A stretch of 64,000 nucleotides of DNA from Actinomycetota bacterium (GCA_036406615.1 DASXAQ010000020.1:16608-80607), one strand, 5' to 3'. Shown: positions 47,145-55,882, counted from the stretch's first letter. Made by a program: numbers and translations. Notes: generated by a model not told the origin, from the sequence alone.

Positions 47145-49106
47145 CTAGTCGGCCCCCGCGCCGGCGGGCACCGTCGCGTCCTCGGCCGGCTGCCCGTTGG
47201 CGGCCGGCGCGTCGAGCTTGTCGATGCGAATGGCCGTCGCCTTGAACTCCGCCGTGCCCGATTTCGGGTCGGTCGCGTCGATCGTGAGCAGGTTCGTGGC
47301 GACGTCGTCGGGGAAGTGCAGCGTCATGAACGCCAGGCCGGGCCGCAGTCCCGTGTCGATCCGCACCGGCGCGACGACCGTGCCGCGCCGCGAGGTCACG
47401 CGCACCCGCTCGCCGGGCTGCAGGCCGTGGCGTTCGGCGTCCTCGGGCGACACGTCCAGGGTCTCGCCGCGGCGCATCGGCGAGGAGAACCCACCGCTCT
47501 GCACGCCCGTGTTGTACGAATCGAGCCGGCGCCCCGTCGTGAGCCGGATCGGGTACTCGTCGGTGAGCTCGTCGACCGGGGGGTCGTGGTGCACGACGCT
47601 GATCGGGGCCAGCGGGCCCTGTTCGTCTCCGTCGAGCCACAGCCGGCCATGCAGGAACTGCGCGCCCGGGTCGTTTTCATCGAAGCACGGCCACTGGATG
47701 CCGTTCAGCTCCTCCAGCCGCGCGTAGCTCATCCCGGCGTGCATCGGCGAGAGCGACCGGCATTCGTCCCACACCTGTTCCGCGGTTGGGTCGCCCCAGT
47801 CGTGGCCCAGGCGGCGGGCGATCTCGCCCATGATCCAGATGTCGTCGCGGGCGTTGCCCGGCGGGTCCATCGCCTTGCGCACGCGCTGGACCCGGCGCTC
47901 GCTGGACGTCACGGTGCCCTCCGCCTCGCACCACGTCGCAGATGCCGGCAGGACGACGTCGGCGATCTCCGCCGTCTTGGTCAGGAAGATATCCTGCACG
48001 ACCAGGTGCTCCAGGCCCAGGAGCAGCTTCATCGCGCGGTGCTGGTCGGCCTCCGACTGCGCGGGGTTCTCGCCGACCACGTAGGCGGTCGTGAGCTCGC
48101 CACGCTCCATGGCCTCGAACATCTCCGACAGGTGCCACCCGTAATCGGCACGAATGGGTGTGCCCCAGGCCTTTTCGAACTTGGCCCGGGCTTCGGCGTC
48201 CTTCTCGACGTCCTGGAACCCGGGGAGCTTGTTCGGGATCGCCCCCATGTCCCCGCCGCCCTGAACGTTGTTCTGGCCGCGCAGCGGCTGCAGCCCGCTG
48301 CCGTAGCGGCCGATGTGGCCCGTCAGCAGGGACAGGTTGATCAGCGCGAGCACGTTGTCGACCGCGTTGTGATGCTCGGTGATGCCGAGCGTCCAGCACA
48401 GCTGCGCGCGGTCCGCCCTGGCGAACGCGTGCGCCAGCTCCCGGATGGCCTCGGCCGGCACCCCGGTCGTGCGCTCCGCGTACTCCAGCGTGTAGGGCTG
48501 CACGGCATCGCGGTACTCGTCGAAGCCGGTGGTCGCGTGGTCCACGAACGCCTGGTTCACCAGGCCCGCAGCGATGATCTCGCGCCCGACCGCATTGGCC
48601 AGGGCGACGTCCGAGCCCACGTCCAGGCCGAGCCACAGGTCGGCCCACTGCGCCGACGACGTCCGGCGCGGATCGACCGAGTACAGGCGGGCGCCGTTTC
48701 GGATCCCCTTCAGGACGTGGTGGAAGAAGATCGGGTGCGTCTCGCGCGCGTTCGAGCCCCACAGGACGATCACGTCCGTGCGCTCGACCTCCTCATATGA
48801 GCTGGTGCCGCCCCCGGCACCGAAGACCGTCGCCAGACCGACGACGCTCGGCGCGTGTCAAGTGCGGTTGCAGCTGTCGATGTTGTTGCAGCCGATGACC
48901 GAGCGCGTGAACTTCTGCGCAACGAAGTTCATCTCGTTCGTGGCCTTGGAGCAGCTGAACATGCCGAACGAGAGCGGCCCCTGCTTGTCGACCGCCGTCC
49001 GGAAGCCAGCCGCCGCCCGATCGAGGGCCTCGTCCCACGTTGCCCGGCGGAGCACGCCGGCGTCGCGGACCAGGGGCTCGGTCAGTCGGGTGTAGCGCTG
49101 CGACAT
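47145..49106 (-). CDS. fdhA: formate dehydrogenase catalytic (Mo/W-bisPGD) module with in-frame TGA selenocysteine; lacks its own N-terminal Fe-S domain
   Basis: Track ORFs 48858-49106 and 47145-48773 are in one frame. Read-through gives ...NIDSCNRT-U-HAPSVVGLATVFGAGGGTSSYEEVERTDVIVLWGSNARETHP, the canonical FDH Sec motif. Starts MSQRYTRLTEPLVRD. Confidence 0.85.
48820..48851 (-). promoter_or_regulatory. candidate bacterial SECIS hairpin
   Basis: In the mRNA, 12 nt after UGA: GUCGUC-GGUCU-GGCGAC (48845-48829) above a CCGA/UCGG lower stem. The apical loop contains GU. A second hairpin GGUGCC-GGGGGC-GGCACC lies at 48821-48804. Confidence 0.45.
48858..48860 (-). other. selenocysteine (UGA) codon of fdhA
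   Basis: TGA at the position of the catalytic Sec/Cys in the C-x-R-x-U-H motif. selA and selB are in the same window. Confidence 0.8.
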
Positions 49107-49240
49107 GCCGCGCGACCTCCTCGAATCCGACCTGTCGTTCGAAGTCTAAACCGTGGGTCAGGATGGGGCCGGGTGGCCTCCGCCACAGGGCCCAAAGGAT
49201 CAGCCGAAAGGCGCCATCAAGGAATCGACCCCCGGTCCCG

Positions 49241-49918
49241 ATGGGCTATTGGAGAACCGGCATCGGGCGGTTCTTGACGGTCAGCCCGGGCAAACGCTTC
49301 ATCGAAGGGGAGCCGACCACGGCCTCACGAAGAACGAAATCGGACAAGCAGGGCACGAGCCGCCGATCCTCCGCGATCGCGTGGCTGCTCGCGGCCGCGG
49401 TCCTCTCGGGCCCGGCCGTGCTCGCTGCGCCGGCGGCGAACGCGGCGCCTCCCACCATCAACTGCAGCACCGATCCCGGCAACGGCCAGTGCAACAAGCT
49501 GTCGGCGACGTTCACGTGCGTCTGGAACAACCGCAACGGCACCTACTCGGCCGTCTTCGGCTACAAGAACTCGTCCTCGCACCCGCTGGTGGCCACCGTG
49601 GGGCTGGAGAACATGTTTCTGCCCGCTCCGAACGGCCGTGGGCAGCCGACGACGTTTCCCGCCGGCTCCACCGTGACGAACGCCGTCGTCGTCACGTGGA
49701 ACGGGTCGGCGTTGACGTGGGTCCTGCCCGGCGGCACCGCCACCGGCGGGTTCTGGGCCACTCCGTGCTCGAGCCCGCCCGTGCCGATGGTCGCCGGCGC
49801 GGCGCCGGCGCTCCCGTTCCTGCTGCTGGCCGGCGCGAGCCTGTGGTGGCTCCGCCGCCGCGGCCGGCTCGCATGGGTGCTCGCGGCCGTTCGCGGGTCG
49901 ACGGGGGGCGCCGGGTGA
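49241..49918 (+). CDS. small secreted Cys-containing protein with C-terminal TM helix + Arg cluster (candidate sorting substrate)
   Basis: Signal-like SRRSSAIAWLLAAAVLSGPAVLAAPAANA. About 130-aa domain with 4 Cys. Tail PPVPMVAGAAPALPFLLLAGASLWWLRRRGR. Start uncertain (ATG 49241 or TTG 49273). Confidence 0.65.
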   Translation: MGYWRTGIGRFLTVSPGKRFIEGEPTTASRRTKSDKQGTSRRSSAIAWLLAAAVLSGPAVLAAPAANAAPPTINCSTDPGNGQCNKLSATFTCVWNNRNGTYSAVFGYKNSSSHPLVATVGLENMFLPAPNGRGQPTTFPAGSTVTNAVVVTWNGSALTWVLPGGTATGGFWATPCSSPPVPMVAGAAPALPFLLLAGASLWWLRRRGRLAWVLAAVRGSTGGAG

Positions 49919-50682
49919 ACGTGCTGGCGGTCGGTGCGCATCCCGACGACATCGAGCTCGGCTGCGCCGGCACCTTGGCGCGGCACGTGTGGGCCGGGGA
50001 CACCGTGACGATGCTGGTGATGACCACGGGCGAGCGCGGCCCCCAGGACTCGGTCCCCCGGGTGGACGAACAGGTCGCCGCTGCGCGCCTGATCGGCGCG
50101 AACCTGATCTGGGGCGGGTTCTCGGACGGCGCCGTGCCCACCGGCGGGGACACGGTCGCGTTCATCGACGAGGTCGTGCGCCTCACCAGGGCCGAGATCC
50201 TCTACACGCACGCGCCGAAGGACAGTCACCAGGACCACGTCACGACGGCGCTGTGCTCGCTGGCCGCGGCACGCCGGCTCCCGCGCGTGCTCTGCTACCA
50301 GTCGCCGTCCACGACGTCGTTCGACCCGAACCTGTTCGTCGACATCGACGAGACGTTCGAGCTGAAGCGCCGGTCGCTGAGCGCGCACCAGTCGCAGGTC
50401 CTGCGCTGCGAGATGGTCGACCTGGAGGCCGTCGGGGCGGCCGCGCGGTACTGGGGCCACCGCTCGCGGGTGCGCCACGCGGAGGGGTTCGAGACGCCGC
50501 GCTTCGTCTGGCAGATCGGCGCGGATGCCGACGTCTCACGGACGGCAGGCCGGCCGGTGGAAACGGCCGACCCGCAGCTCGAGCCGGCCGCCGTGGAGGA
50601 GTGGGCACACCTGCCGCAGACGCGCACGCCCGCGCCTCGCTCCCGGGACGAGGCGGCGCGGCTGATGGCGGCCTCGGAGTAG
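49915..50682 (+). CDS. PIG-L/LmbE family deacetylase
   Basis: GTGA overlap with the upstream stop. VGAHPDDIELGCAGT and HQDH motifs. Confidence 0.85.
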   Translation: MNVLAVGAHPDDIELGCAGTLARHVWAGDTVTMLVMTTGERGPQDSVPRVDEQVAAARLIGANLIWGGFSDGAVPTGGDTVAFIDEVVRLTRAEILYTHAPKDSHQDHVTTALCSLAAARRLPRVLCYQSPSTTSFDPNLFVDIDETFELKRRSLSAHQSQVLRCEMVDLEAVGAAARYWGHRSRVRHAEGFETPRFVWQIGADADVSRTAGRPVETADPQLEPAAVEEWAHLPQTRTPAPRSRDEAARLMAASE

Positions 50683-50686
50683 CGCG

Positions 50687-52063
50687 GTGAACGAACCGGC
50701 CCCGCACCCCCGAAGCGTGTCCGCCCCCCGCCTGCCTCGCGGGGCGCCGTGGTCGCTGCTGTACCTGCTCGCGCTGGAGATCGTCGCGGTGAGCCTGCTC
50801 GGCGTGGACCGCGCCGTCACCGCGGCGGCGATCGCGATGAACGTCGTGTTCATCGTGTACCTGTTCCGCCACCTTGCGTTCGCGGCGACGGCTGCCCGCT
50901 ATGCATCGCGGGACCTGCGGCGCCTGCCCGACGTGGATGTCGCGTTCGTGCCGACCGTCACGGTGATGGTCGCCTGCCACAACGAGGCCGTGGTGGCGCG
51001 GAACCTGGTTGCCGGCCTCCGCGGGCTGGACTACCCGGGCGACCGCCTGGACGTGATCCTGGTGGACGACGGGTCGCAGGACGGGACGGGCCCGATGCTG
51101 GAGCACCTGACCGCGACCGACCCACACATCCGCGTGCTGCACCGCCCGCCCGGCGAGGGCGGCGGGAAGTCCGGCGCGCTGAATGCGGCGCTCGAGCGGG
51201 CCACCGGGGAGATCATCGTGGTCTTCGACGCCGACCACGTGCCCTCGCCGGACGTCGTGCGCCGCCTGGTTCGCCATTTCGCGGACGCCCGCGTCTCGGC
51301 CGCCCAGGGGCGCTGCGTCATCACGAACTGGGGCGAGACGCCGCTGGCGCGCGCCATCGCCATCGACTACTTCTCCGGGTACCTGGTCAACGAGTACGGG
51401 CGTCAGGCACTGTTCGAGCTTCCCGCCTACGGCGGCGCCAACTGCGCGGTGCGGGCCTCGACCCTGCGGCGACTGGGAGGCTGGAACCCCGCCACCGTCA
51501 CGGAGGACACCGATCTCACGATGCGGGTGCTGTTGTCCGGTGAGCGCGTTCGCTACGACGTCACCGCCGTGGACACCGAGCAGGCCCCGACGACCATCCG
51601 CTGGTTCATGCGGCAGCGGTACCGCTGGGCGCGCGGCCATCAGCAGGTGTGGCGCGACTACCGGCGGGCCGTGCTCGCGACGCCGCACCTCGGGACGATG
51701 GCGCGGATCGAGACGCTCATGTTCCTGCTGGTCTTCCACGTGCCCGTCGTGTGTGCGGCGACGTTCGTGCTGCTGGCGATGCGCCTGGCCGGCATCGGGC
51801 ATCCGATCACGTTGTTCGAATTGCTGCCGCTGACCGCGCTGTTGTTCGCCGGCCCGTTCTGCGAGCTGGCGGTGGGGCTGGTCGTCGGACGCGCGCCGCG
51901 CTGGACCGCATGGTCCCTGGCGCTGATGCTGCCGGTGTTCATCGTGTCGATCACGGTCACGACGAAGGCATGGATCGACGGCCTCCTCGGCGTCCCGTAC
52001 GCGTGGGTGAAGACGCGCCGGTCGGGCGCTGAGCCGTCCACGCCGGAGCGGGTGGCCGCGTGA
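50687..52063 (+). CDS. processive family 2 glycosyltransferase (polysaccharide synthase)
   Basis: 458 aa. TM helices at both ends. VACHNE, ILVDDGSQDGT, VVFDADH, QRYRWARG (QxxRW). Confidence 0.9.
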   Translation: MNEPAPHPRSVSAPRLPRGAPWSLLYLLALEIVAVSLLGVDRAVTAAAIAMNVVFIVYLFRHLAFAATAARYASRDLRRLPDVDVAFVPTVTVMVACHNEAVVARNLVAGLRGLDYPGDRLDVILVDDGSQDGTGPMLEHLTATDPHIRVLHRPPGEGGGKSGALNAALERATGEIIVVFDADHVPSPDVVRRLVRHFADARVSAAQGRCVITNWGETPLARAIAIDYFSGYLVNEYGRQALFELPAYGGANCAVRASTLRRLGGWNPATVTEDTDLTMRVLLSGERVRYDVTAVDTEQAPTTIRWFMRQRYRWARGHQQVWRDYRRAVLATPHLGTMARIETLMFLLVFHVPVVCAATFVLLAMRLAGIGHPITLFELLPLTALLFAGPFCELAVGLVVGRAPRWTAWSLALMLPVFIVSITVTTKAWIDGLLGVPYAWVKTRRSGAEPSTPERVAA

Positions 52064-52629
52064 GGAGTCCGCGCGTCCGGGTCGTGGTCGTGCTGGTCGC
52101 CTGCGTGGTGGCCGCCATGTCGGGCTTCTTCCTGCTGGTCGACCCGATCCGCCGTCTGGAGATCGCCGCCGCGGTGCTGCTCGCGCGCCCCTTCGGCGGG
52201 CGCGTCTCCGCCGTGGGGGGCGACCTGATCCAGGGCCTGCCGGCCGCGGCGCTTCCCTTTCGCGCCACGGTCACCCCGTTCTGCTCCTCGTTGATCCCGA
52301 TCCTGGCCCTCGGATCGATCTCGATGTTCATCCTGGCCGGCTCGATCGCCCGGCGCGCCGCGGCGTTCGCGATCGCGGCGGCAACGATCCTGTGCTGCAA
52401 CGTCATCCGAATCGCCGCGTCGGTGCTGGTCGGCCTGCGCGCGGGCCCGGCGGGGCTCGCCCTGTTTCACGACTGGGTCGGGACCGGCTTCGCCCTCGCC
52501 TACACGCTCGGCGGCTTCATGCTGATGCTCTACGTGCTGCTGCCGAAGGTCGGCCGCATGCCGGGCGCGTGGCCGGGCGTCCCGGCCGCCGACGCGGCGC
52601 CCGGATCGCCCCGAGGGGGCGGCCGGTGA
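52060..52629 (+). CDS. miniature exosortase/archaeosortase-like membrane protein
   Basis: 189 aa, about 5 TM helices. GDLIQGLPAAALPFRATVTPFCSSL (Cys), CCNVIRIAASV (NxxR), LFHDWVGTG (His), in the order and spacing of the exosortase core. GTGA overlap. Confidence 0.6.
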   Translation: MRSPRVRVVVVLVACVVAAMSGFFLLVDPIRRLEIAAAVLLARPFGGRVSAVGGDLIQGLPAAALPFRATVTPFCSSLIPILALGSISMFILAGSIARRAAAFAIAAATILCCNVIRIAASVLVGLRAGPAGLALFHDWVGTGFALAYTLGGFMLMLYVLLPKVGRMPGAWPGVPAADAAPGSPRGGGR

Positions 52630-53975
52630 GCGCGCCGGCGGCGTTCCTGTTCGCGGCGAACCCGGCCGGCGAGAGCTGGCAGGCCGGCCTGTTCTTCGCG
52701 CTCGCCGGCGCTGCCGTCGTGGTGGCCGCGGTGGTGTGGCGCCTTCGCGCCGACCGGCGGCTGCTTCGCGAGGCGACGGCGAGGCTTCGCGACCCGAACC
52801 CCGCCGCGCGCGTGGAGGCGGTGGACGCCGCGGTGGACCTCGGGCTGTTTCGCACGGGGGGCCTGCTGGTCCGGTTCGCCGCGCGAGAGCGGGACCCGGC
52901 CGTGCTCGACGCGCTGGCCGAGGCCGTGGCGGCGCGGCAGTGGGAGCCGGCCGCCACCCAGGACGTGGTTCGCCTTCGCCGATGGGCGCGGGACCACGCG
53001 GAGGACCGGCGGGCGGCCGCAGCCGGGCCCTCGCAGCGACGTCGGACCGCGCGCGTGCTGATCACCGGCGCCGGCGGGCCGGCCGGCGTGGCCGTGATCC
53101 GAAACCTCGTCCGGCGCGGCGTCCACGTCGTGGCCGTCGACGCCGACGAGCTCGCGGTGGGGTTCGGCCTGGCGTCCGAGGGCTACGTCGTCCCGACCGC
53201 CACCGAGCCCGACTACCTCTCGCGGATCCTCGAGGTCGCGGCCGCGACGCGGGTCGACGCCCTGCTGTGCACGGTGGCCGAGGAGTACCCGGCACTTCGC
53301 GCCCACGCTCTGGACGCGGCGGGCATCCGGTCGATGCTCCCGTCGCCGGAGTCCGTTCGCGTGTGCCTGGACAAGTGGGCGTTCGCGCACGCGATGGAGG
53401 AGGCCGGCCTGCCGGTGCCGGCGACGCGACTGCGCGACCACGTCGACATCCCCAAGCCGTGGATCGTCAAGCCTCGCTTCGGACGCGGGTCGCGAGACGT
53501 GCACGTCGCGCGCACGCTGACCGATCTCCGCCGCGCCTTGCGGTGGACGCCGGACCCCATCGTCCAGGCGCTGGTCGAGGGCCGCGAGTTCACCGTCGAC
53601 GCGCTGGTGGGCCGCGACGGCGCCGTCGCCGGCATGTCGCCCCGCTGGCGCCTGGAGACGAAGGCCGGCATCTCGACGAAGGGACTCACCTTCTCCGATC
53701 CGAAGGTCGTCCGCACGGTCGAGCGCGTGCTCGTCACCGTCGGCCTGGTCGGGCCCGCGAACGTGCAGGGGTTCGTGACGAAGGACGGCGACGTCGTCGT
53801 GCTGGAGGTCAACCCGCGCTTCTCGGGCGGCCTGCCACTGACCCTGCACGCCGGCGCCGACCTGGTCGGCGAGTACGTGCGCGCGATCCTGGGCAAGCCG
53901 ATCCGCCCCGAGCGGCTGGTGGCCCGGCCCGGGGTCGCCATGTCGCGCTACTTCGACGAGGTGTTCGCGGCGTGA
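52626..53975 (+). CDS. ATP-grasp enzyme with N-terminal TM helix and HEAT-like repeat
   Basis: GTGA overlap. TM helix LFFALAGAAVVVAAVVW, then RDPNPAARVEAVDAAVDLG...ERDPAVLDALAEAV, then an ATP-grasp core (KPWIVKPRFGRGSRDV, LEVNPRFSGG). Confidence 0.8.
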   Translation: MSAPAAFLFAANPAGESWQAGLFFALAGAAVVVAAVVWRLRADRRLLREATARLRDPNPAARVEAVDAAVDLGLFRTGGLLVRFAARERDPAVLDALAEAVAARQWEPAATQDVVRLRRWARDHAEDRRAAAAGPSQRRRTARVLITGAGGPAGVAVIRNLVRRGVHVVAVDADELAVGFGLASEGYVVPTATEPDYLSRILEVAAATRVDALLCTVAEEYPALRAHALDAAGIRSMLPSPESVRVCLDKWAFAHAMEEAGLPVPATRLRDHVDIPKPWIVKPRFGRGSRDVHVARTLTDLRRALRWTPDPIVQALVEGREFTVDALVGRDGAVAGMSPRWRLETKAGISTKGLTFSDPKVVRTVERVLVTVGLVGPANVQGFVTKDGDVVVLEVNPRFSGGLPLTLHAGADLVGEYVRAILGKPIRPERLVARPGVAMSRYFDEVFAA

Positions 53976-55138
53976 GGATCACGGTGCCGGTCGGGACCCG
54001 TCCGGAGATCATCAAGCTGGCGGGCGTGGTGGGCGCGCTGCGGGCCGCGGGTCACACCGTTCGATGCATCGCCACCGGCCAGCACGACGATCCCCGGATG
54101 GCCGGGGACATCTTCGACGAGCTCGGGTGCGCCCCTGACGCGGTCTGGTCGCTCGAGGGCGACGAGGGCAGGCGCGTCGCGACCCTGCTGGGCGACGCGT
54201 TCGATGAAATGGCAACCCACGCGCCAGACGCGGTCCTGGTCCTGGGCGACACCTACACGGCCCCGCTGCTGGCACTGGCGGCCCGGCGCCACGGCGTCGG
54301 CGTCGTGCACCTGGAGGCCGGGCTCCGTTCGTTCAACGAACGGTCGATGGAGGAGACGAACCGCCGCCTGATGGCCGTCCTGGCCACGCTGCACCTGGCG
54401 CCGAGCGAGCTGGCCGCGTCGTTCCTGCGCGCCGAAGGTGTCGCGCCGGATCGCATCCGGGTGGTGGGCAACCCGATCGTGGACGCGATGGTTCGAAGCG
54501 GCGTCGAGCGCGTTCCGGTGGAGCGCCGGTCGGGGTCGCTGCTCACCGCCCACCGCGCCACCAACGTCGACGACCCCGCCAGGCTTCGGGAGATCGTGCG
54601 GCTGGCGGCGTCCCTCGGAGCCGAAGCCGGCCCCGTCACGTTCCCGTTGCACCCGCGCACGCGCTTGCGCCTGCACCGGGCCGGGTTGCTCGATCGCCTC
54701 GCGAGCGTTCCCGGCGTCGCCCTCTGCGATCCGCTCGGCTACGGCGACATGCTCGCGCGGGTCTCGGCGAGCCGCCTCGTGGTCACGGACTCGGGCGGGT
54801 TGCAGGAGGAGGCGTCGTACTTCGGCATCCCGTGCGTGGTCCTGCGGTCGACCACGCCGCGATGGGAGCTGGTGCAGGCGGGCGCCGCGGAGCTCGCCGG
54901 CATGGACGCGGACCGCGCGCTGCGCGCCGTTCGCCGGCTGAGCGCTTCCGCGGAACAGCGACGGATCGACGGGCTCGCATGCCCGTACGGCGACGGCCAC
55001 ACCGCCGCCCGCGTCGTGGATGCGCTGGCGGATCCGCTCGTCGCCGGACTGATCCGGCCCGCCGAGCCGGCGCTGGGCGCGGCGCCGTTCGTGGCCTGGA
55101 CGGTCGACGAGCAGCTGCCGGCCGAGCTCGCATCGTGA
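53972..55138 (+). CDS. wecB: UDP-N-acetylglucosamine 2-epimerase (non-hydrolysing)
   Basis: GTGA overlap. VGTRPEIIKLAGV, LGDTYTA, HLEAGLRSFN, VTDSGGLQEEA. Confidence 0.9.
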   Translation: MRITVPVGTRPEIIKLAGVVGALRAAGHTVRCIATGQHDDPRMAGDIFDELGCAPDAVWSLEGDEGRRVATLLGDAFDEMATHAPDAVLVLGDTYTAPLLALAARRHGVGVVHLEAGLRSFNERSMEETNRRLMAVLATLHLAPSELAASFLRAEGVAPDRIRVVGNPIVDAMVRSGVERVPVERRSGSLLTAHRATNVDDPARLREIVRLAASLGAEAGPVTFPLHPRTRLRLHRAGLLDRLASVPGVALCDPLGYGDMLARVSASRLVVTDSGGLQEEASYFGIPCVVLRSTTPRWELVQAGAAELAGMDADRALRAVRRLSASAEQRRIDGLACPYGDGHTAARVVDALADPLVAGLIRPAEPALGAAPFVAWTVDEQLPAELAS

Positions 55139-55869
55139 CGTCGGCGCGCCGCGTCGAGGCGGTCACCGTCGACCTGGACGACACGCTCTACGAGCAACGC
55201 CACTTCCTGGTCGGCGCCTGGGCCGCGGTCGCGGACGCCGGCGCCGCGCGCGGGCTCGCGCGGGGGCCGTTGCACCGGGCCCTGCTGGACGTGGCTTCGG
55301 AGGGATCCGACCGCGGGCGAATCGTGGACCGGGCGCTCGAGCGCATCGGCGCGGAGCCGGCGCACGCGGCGCCGCTGGTCGACGCCTTTCGACGGTTCGA
55401 ACCGGACCTGCTGGCCGTGTATCCGGGCGCGCGGGCGGCGCTGGCCGCGCTGCGAGCGCGCGTGCCCGTTGCATGCATCACCGACGGCGACCCCGGGATC
55501 CAACGGGCCAAGCTGCGCGCGCTCGCCCTGGACGACGCGTTCGACGCGCTCGTGATCTCCGACGAGATCGGGCGCGACGTTCGAAAGCCGCACCCCCTGC
55601 CCTTCCTGCGCGCGGTGCAAGCGCTGGGCGTGGCGGTGGAGCGAACGGTCCACGTGGGGGACCGGCCGGCCAAGGACGTTGCCGGGGCGGCGGCGGCGGG
55701 GCTGCTGGCCGTCCGCGTGACGACCGGCGAGTACGGGGACGATCCCATTCCGCCGGGATGCCCGGCTCCGCTGGCGACGGTGGCAAGCGTCCGGGAGGCG
55801 TTCGAGCTGATCGCGACGCTGGCGACGACCGCGGTCGACCCGTCGTCGCATGCCGTCGCCCGGCGCTGA
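55135..55869 (+). CDS. HAD-family hydrolase
   Basis: GTGA overlap. VTVDLDDTLY (DxDxT), ITDG, KPHP, VGDRPAKDV. Confidence 0.8.
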   Translation: MTSARRVEAVTVDLDDTLYEQRHFLVGAWAAVADAGAARGLARGPLHRALLDVASEGSDRGRIVDRALERIGAEPAHAAPLVDAFRRFEPDLLAVYPGARAALAALRARVPVACITDGDPGIQRAKLRALALDDAFDALVISDEIGRDVRKPHPLPFLRAVQALGVAVERTVHVGDRPAKDVAGAAAAGLLAVRVTTGEYGDDPIPPGCPAPLATVASVREAFELIATLATTAVDPSSHAVARR

Positions 55870-55882
55870 CGCGCGCTTCGGC

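Noticed and set aside
49107-49240. Possible c-di-GMP (GEMM-I-like) riboswitch upstream of the EPS operon
   Set aside because: The spacer contains CACAGGGC..AAAGG and a GCC-GAAA-GGC tetraloop hairpin, reminiscent of GEMM-I. I could not find the conserved ACGCAAAGCC segment or a convincing second helix. It is not supportable without a covariance-model search.
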